Positions 62,206-64,000 of a DNA stretch of 64,000 nt are shown piece after piece. Made by a program: the position numbers and the translations under genes. The DNA is from a virus. The stretch lies in the IMG/VR virus record IMGVR_UViG_3300045988_136773. The stretch is one strand, 5' to 3'. Numbering within the stretch: position 1 is the first letter of the stretch; each line of letters begins with the position of its first letter. Under the pieces are notes generated by a model. The model was not told where the DNA came from. It did not search any database and saw only the letters and a program-made list of their open reading frames with translations.

Positions 62206-62447
62206 CTTATGCTGTATGCGATAAATGCAGAAAACCAATTCCATATGTCAAGAAGAAAAATATTCTTGGAATTGAAGAAGAGGTACTTGATAGAGGAATA
62301 GTAAGAAGTTCTGAATGGTAAATTGACGCACTGTTTTATGAATATGATTTATGTAAAAGCTGTGCAGACACTATTTCATTGCAAGCCGATAATCTATTTC
62401 TAGGGATGAAGCTAGCAGTACTACAGGAGGCAAATAAGAGTGAATGA
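62202..62447 (+). pseudogene. zinc-ribbon small gene interrupted by an in-frame TAA (62319-62321)
   Basis: 'MTYAVCDKCRK...SSEW*IDALFYEYDLCKSCADT...'. The first CxxC lies before the stop and the second CxxC after it, in the same frame. The ATG overlaps the upstream stop. Confidence 0.5.
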
Positions 62448-62819
62448 AAAACTGAAACCATGCCCGTTTTGCGGCAGCACAAAACTAAAGATTGAAAGTA
62501 AGCGTACTTTTAATTACGGTAAAAACATTGTTCTGTTACAGTAAGATGTATGAAATGTCATGCAAGAAGTCCAGTTGTTGGAATCAATTTGGACAATAAT
62601 CAGTACAATGAGCGTGAACTTTGTGAATCACAAGTAACGGAAGCTTGGAACAAACGAGTATCAGAACTTGAACATAGACCTATAGTCCATGCACATTGGG
62701 CTTTTCGTACAAGTTATAGTTTCAAATGCTCAAATTGTGGAGAAATCGGATATATAATTTCACATCGATTCTGTCCGAACTGTGGTGCAAAGATGGATAT
62801 GAAGGTGGAAGATAAATAA
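62440..62819 (+). pseudogene. Lar-family-like (restriction alleviation-like) zinc-ribbon protein split by a -1 frame change at an A5 run
   Basis: Frame 0 from GTG 62440 reads 'NEKLKPCPFCGSTKLKIESKRTFNYGK' and stops at 62542. The -1 frame continues 'KHCSVTVRCMKCHARSPVVG...CSNCGE...CPNCGAKM'. The join is only possible at AAAAA 62521-62525. Confidence 0.5.
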
Positions 62820-63037
62820 TGACTGAATTTGTTTCAAAAATTAACAGGAATGAATATGAAATCACTTTCAAAACAAGCATCTGGTCTGAATACAAAGAGA
62901 TTCAAGAAGCTATGAGATCTATCATAGATAATCACAAAACAGCACCTATACACTTAAATACAAATACTTGCGTAAGCTGCGGTGCAGAGATTCCTGAAGG
63001 TTATCATATTTGTCCAATATGCTCGAAGGAGTGGTAA
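62819..63037 (+). CDS. small zinc-ribbon protein
   Basis: 72 aa. 'CVSCGAEIPEGYHICPICS'. The start overlaps the upstream stop (TAATG). Confidence 0.55.
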   Translation: MTEFVSKINRNEYEITFKTSIWSEYKEIQEAMRSIIDNHKTAPIHLNTNTCVSCGAEIPEGYHICPICSKEW

Positions 63038-63040
63038 CTT

Positions 63041-63364
63041 ATGGAAAAGATTTGTAAGATATGTGGTAAATCTAGGTTTATGTTTTCATGGGAAGATATT
63101 TGCTACACTTGTAAGCAGAAGAAAGACCTAGCAGAAATACAACAAAAGATAAAAGATAATCAAGAAGATGTTGATACCTTTTCTAAAAACTATATTATTT
63201 GCCCTTATTGTGGTAACGCTTTAGATACATGTTATGGCTATGAGGACTTCCCAGAACTATATGAAGAAGGGGATCATGAACTAGAATGTAATGAGTGTGG
63301 AAAGACATTTATAATGGAGACAATGGTATCATACTCCTATGAAACACGCAAACCCGATGAATGA
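63041..63364 (+). CDS. small protein with two zinc ribbons
   Basis: 107 aa with 'CKICGK', 'CYTCKQ', 'CPYCGN' and 'CNECGK'. Confidence 0.55.
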   Translation: MEKICKICGKSRFMFSWEDICYTCKQKKDLAEIQQKIKDNQEDVDTFSKNYIICPYCGNALDTCYGYEDFPELYEEGDHELECNECGKTFIMETMVSYSYETRKPDE

Positions 63365-63408
63365 TGAATCGTTATTATAATCATAAATAACCAAGGAGGA
63401 CTATACAT

Positions 63409-63678
63409 ATGATTACAAATTTCCGAGACTGGAAGCTGTTTGCACATGAGTTCTATGTGTACGAAATAAACGGTCATCTTAGATATGAGATACTTGTTGA
63501 ATTCCATGAACAGTATACAAATGTACTCAACGCTATTGTGACACTTTATATCTCTGGATATTACTATGATAAGAGATTAGAATCTGGTAAATGCTATAAC
63601 AGACATCGCCTAGTTGATTCGAAACCGCTTCATGAAGCATTAGAGGTCGCACATAGGCATTATGAAACAAATTTTTAA
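63409..63678 (+). CDS. hypothetical protein
   Basis: 89 aa, RBS AAGGAGGA. Confidence 0.55.
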   Translation: MITNFRDWKLFAHEFYVYEINGHLRYEILVEFHEQYTNVLNAIVTLYISGYYYDKRLESGKCYNRHRLVDSKPLHEALEVAHRHYETNF

Positions 63679-63698
63679 TAAGGATGGTGTTACCCATA

Positions 63699-63878
63699 AT
63701 GAACGTAAAAGAACTTATTGAACAGTTACAAAGATTTGACGAAGATACCGAAGTACGAATCATTGACATAGATTCTGATCCGTTAGATGATGCTACAGGA
63801 TGGGAATGCTCAAATACATATATGCTTATTCATGGTGCGACTGGCAAATCACTTGTATGTATTATTCCGGCGATGTAA
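63699..63878 (+). CDS. hypothetical small protein (paralog of the next gene)
   Basis: ATG 63699 follows AAGGATGGTG. 'MNVKELIEQLQRFDEDTEVRIID' is similar to the next gene's 'MKVNELIKYLQEYKAFNETDVRIMS'. Confidence 0.5.
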   Translation: MNVKELIEQLQRFDEDTEVRIIDIDSDPLDDATGWECSNTYMLIHGATGKSLVCIIPAM

Positions 63879-63899
63879 TGACATTGGAGATAGATTTTA

Positions 63900-64000
63900 A
63901 TGAAAGTGAATGAGCTGATTAAGTATTTACAAGAATATAAGGCTTTTAATGAAACTGATGTTCGTATCATGTCCAAATCAAATGATACATTAAAGGACGG
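63900..64000 (+). CDS. hypothetical small protein, 3' end outside window
   Basis: ATG 63900 follows TGGAGATAG. The frame stays open to the window edge. Confidence 0.45.
   Translation, partial: MKVNELIKYLQEYKAFNETDVRIMSKSNDTLKD

Noticed and set aside
62319-62321. Genome-wide stop-codon reassignment suggested by the in-frame TAA.
   Set aside because: It is a single case. All other roughly 88 genes have uninterrupted frames and terminate normally, many of them with TAA. Local pseudogenisation or a sequencing error is far more likely.
1-64000. CRISPR arrays, tRNA/tmRNA genes, integrase or transposase.
   Set aside because: No regularly spaced direct repeats were seen. All intergenic gaps are under 290 nt and are occupied by promoters, hairpins and RBSs, with no cloverleaf-like segment. 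No ORF shows tyrosine or serine recombinase, or DDE, motifs.

Overview
The window is a contiguous stretch of a large tailed-phage genome, a contractile-tail myovirus. It is AT-rich, and its Shine-Dalgarno sites (GGAGG-type), GTG/TTG starts and cell-wall hydrolases point to a Firmicutes host. About 88 genes are packed on the + strand. The only minus-strand unit is a two-gene XRE repressor cassette at 46.2-47.0 kb.

Gene order:
- 1-350: 3' end of a BRCT-domain protein.
- 0.36-4.8 kb: putative portal and neck genes.
- 4.75-11.8 kb: sheath, tube, a chaperone pair with an apparent +1 frameshift, and the tape measure.
- 11.9-26.8 kb: a PBSX/XkdP-Q-R-S-T-U-like baseplate. It is interrupted by a promoter-to-terminator moron encoding a YafQ-like toxin, and by a block of three peptidoglycan hydrolases.
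- 27.2-34.0 kb: tail fibres.
- 34.3-38.8 kb: prohead protease/scaffold, major capsid and head accessory genes.
- 40.8-41.8 kb: endolysin.
- 41.9-64 kb: early and DNA-metabolism genes, including an SNF2 helicase, a RecU-like nuclease, an HD hydrolase, a PRTase-like protein, a UvrD-like helicase and many small Zn-ribbon or paralogous genes.

Signals not explained by the gene list:
1. The 7-mer CCTGCTC/GAGCAGG occurs about 35 times, on both strands and in all reading frames. It is almost entirely restricted to 34.7-60.7 kb.
2. At least 8 otherwise unrelated proteins share an N-terminal leader M-x-R/I-Y-I/V-K. Three of these leaders end at residue 13-14 in [IV]-[STL]-A-S.
3. The same [LIV]-[ST]-A-S-[TS] motif recurs in the scaffold/protease protein. 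Together with point 2, this resembles a T4-type capsid-targeting and maturation-cleavage system for packaged proteins.
4. Two phage-specific promoter-like words, ACCTTATATA and CAATCGTTATA, each occur about 7 times, on the + strand only.

No tRNA, CRISPR array, integrase or reverse transcriptase was seen. All functional calls come from motif recognition and synteny by eye, with no database searches.
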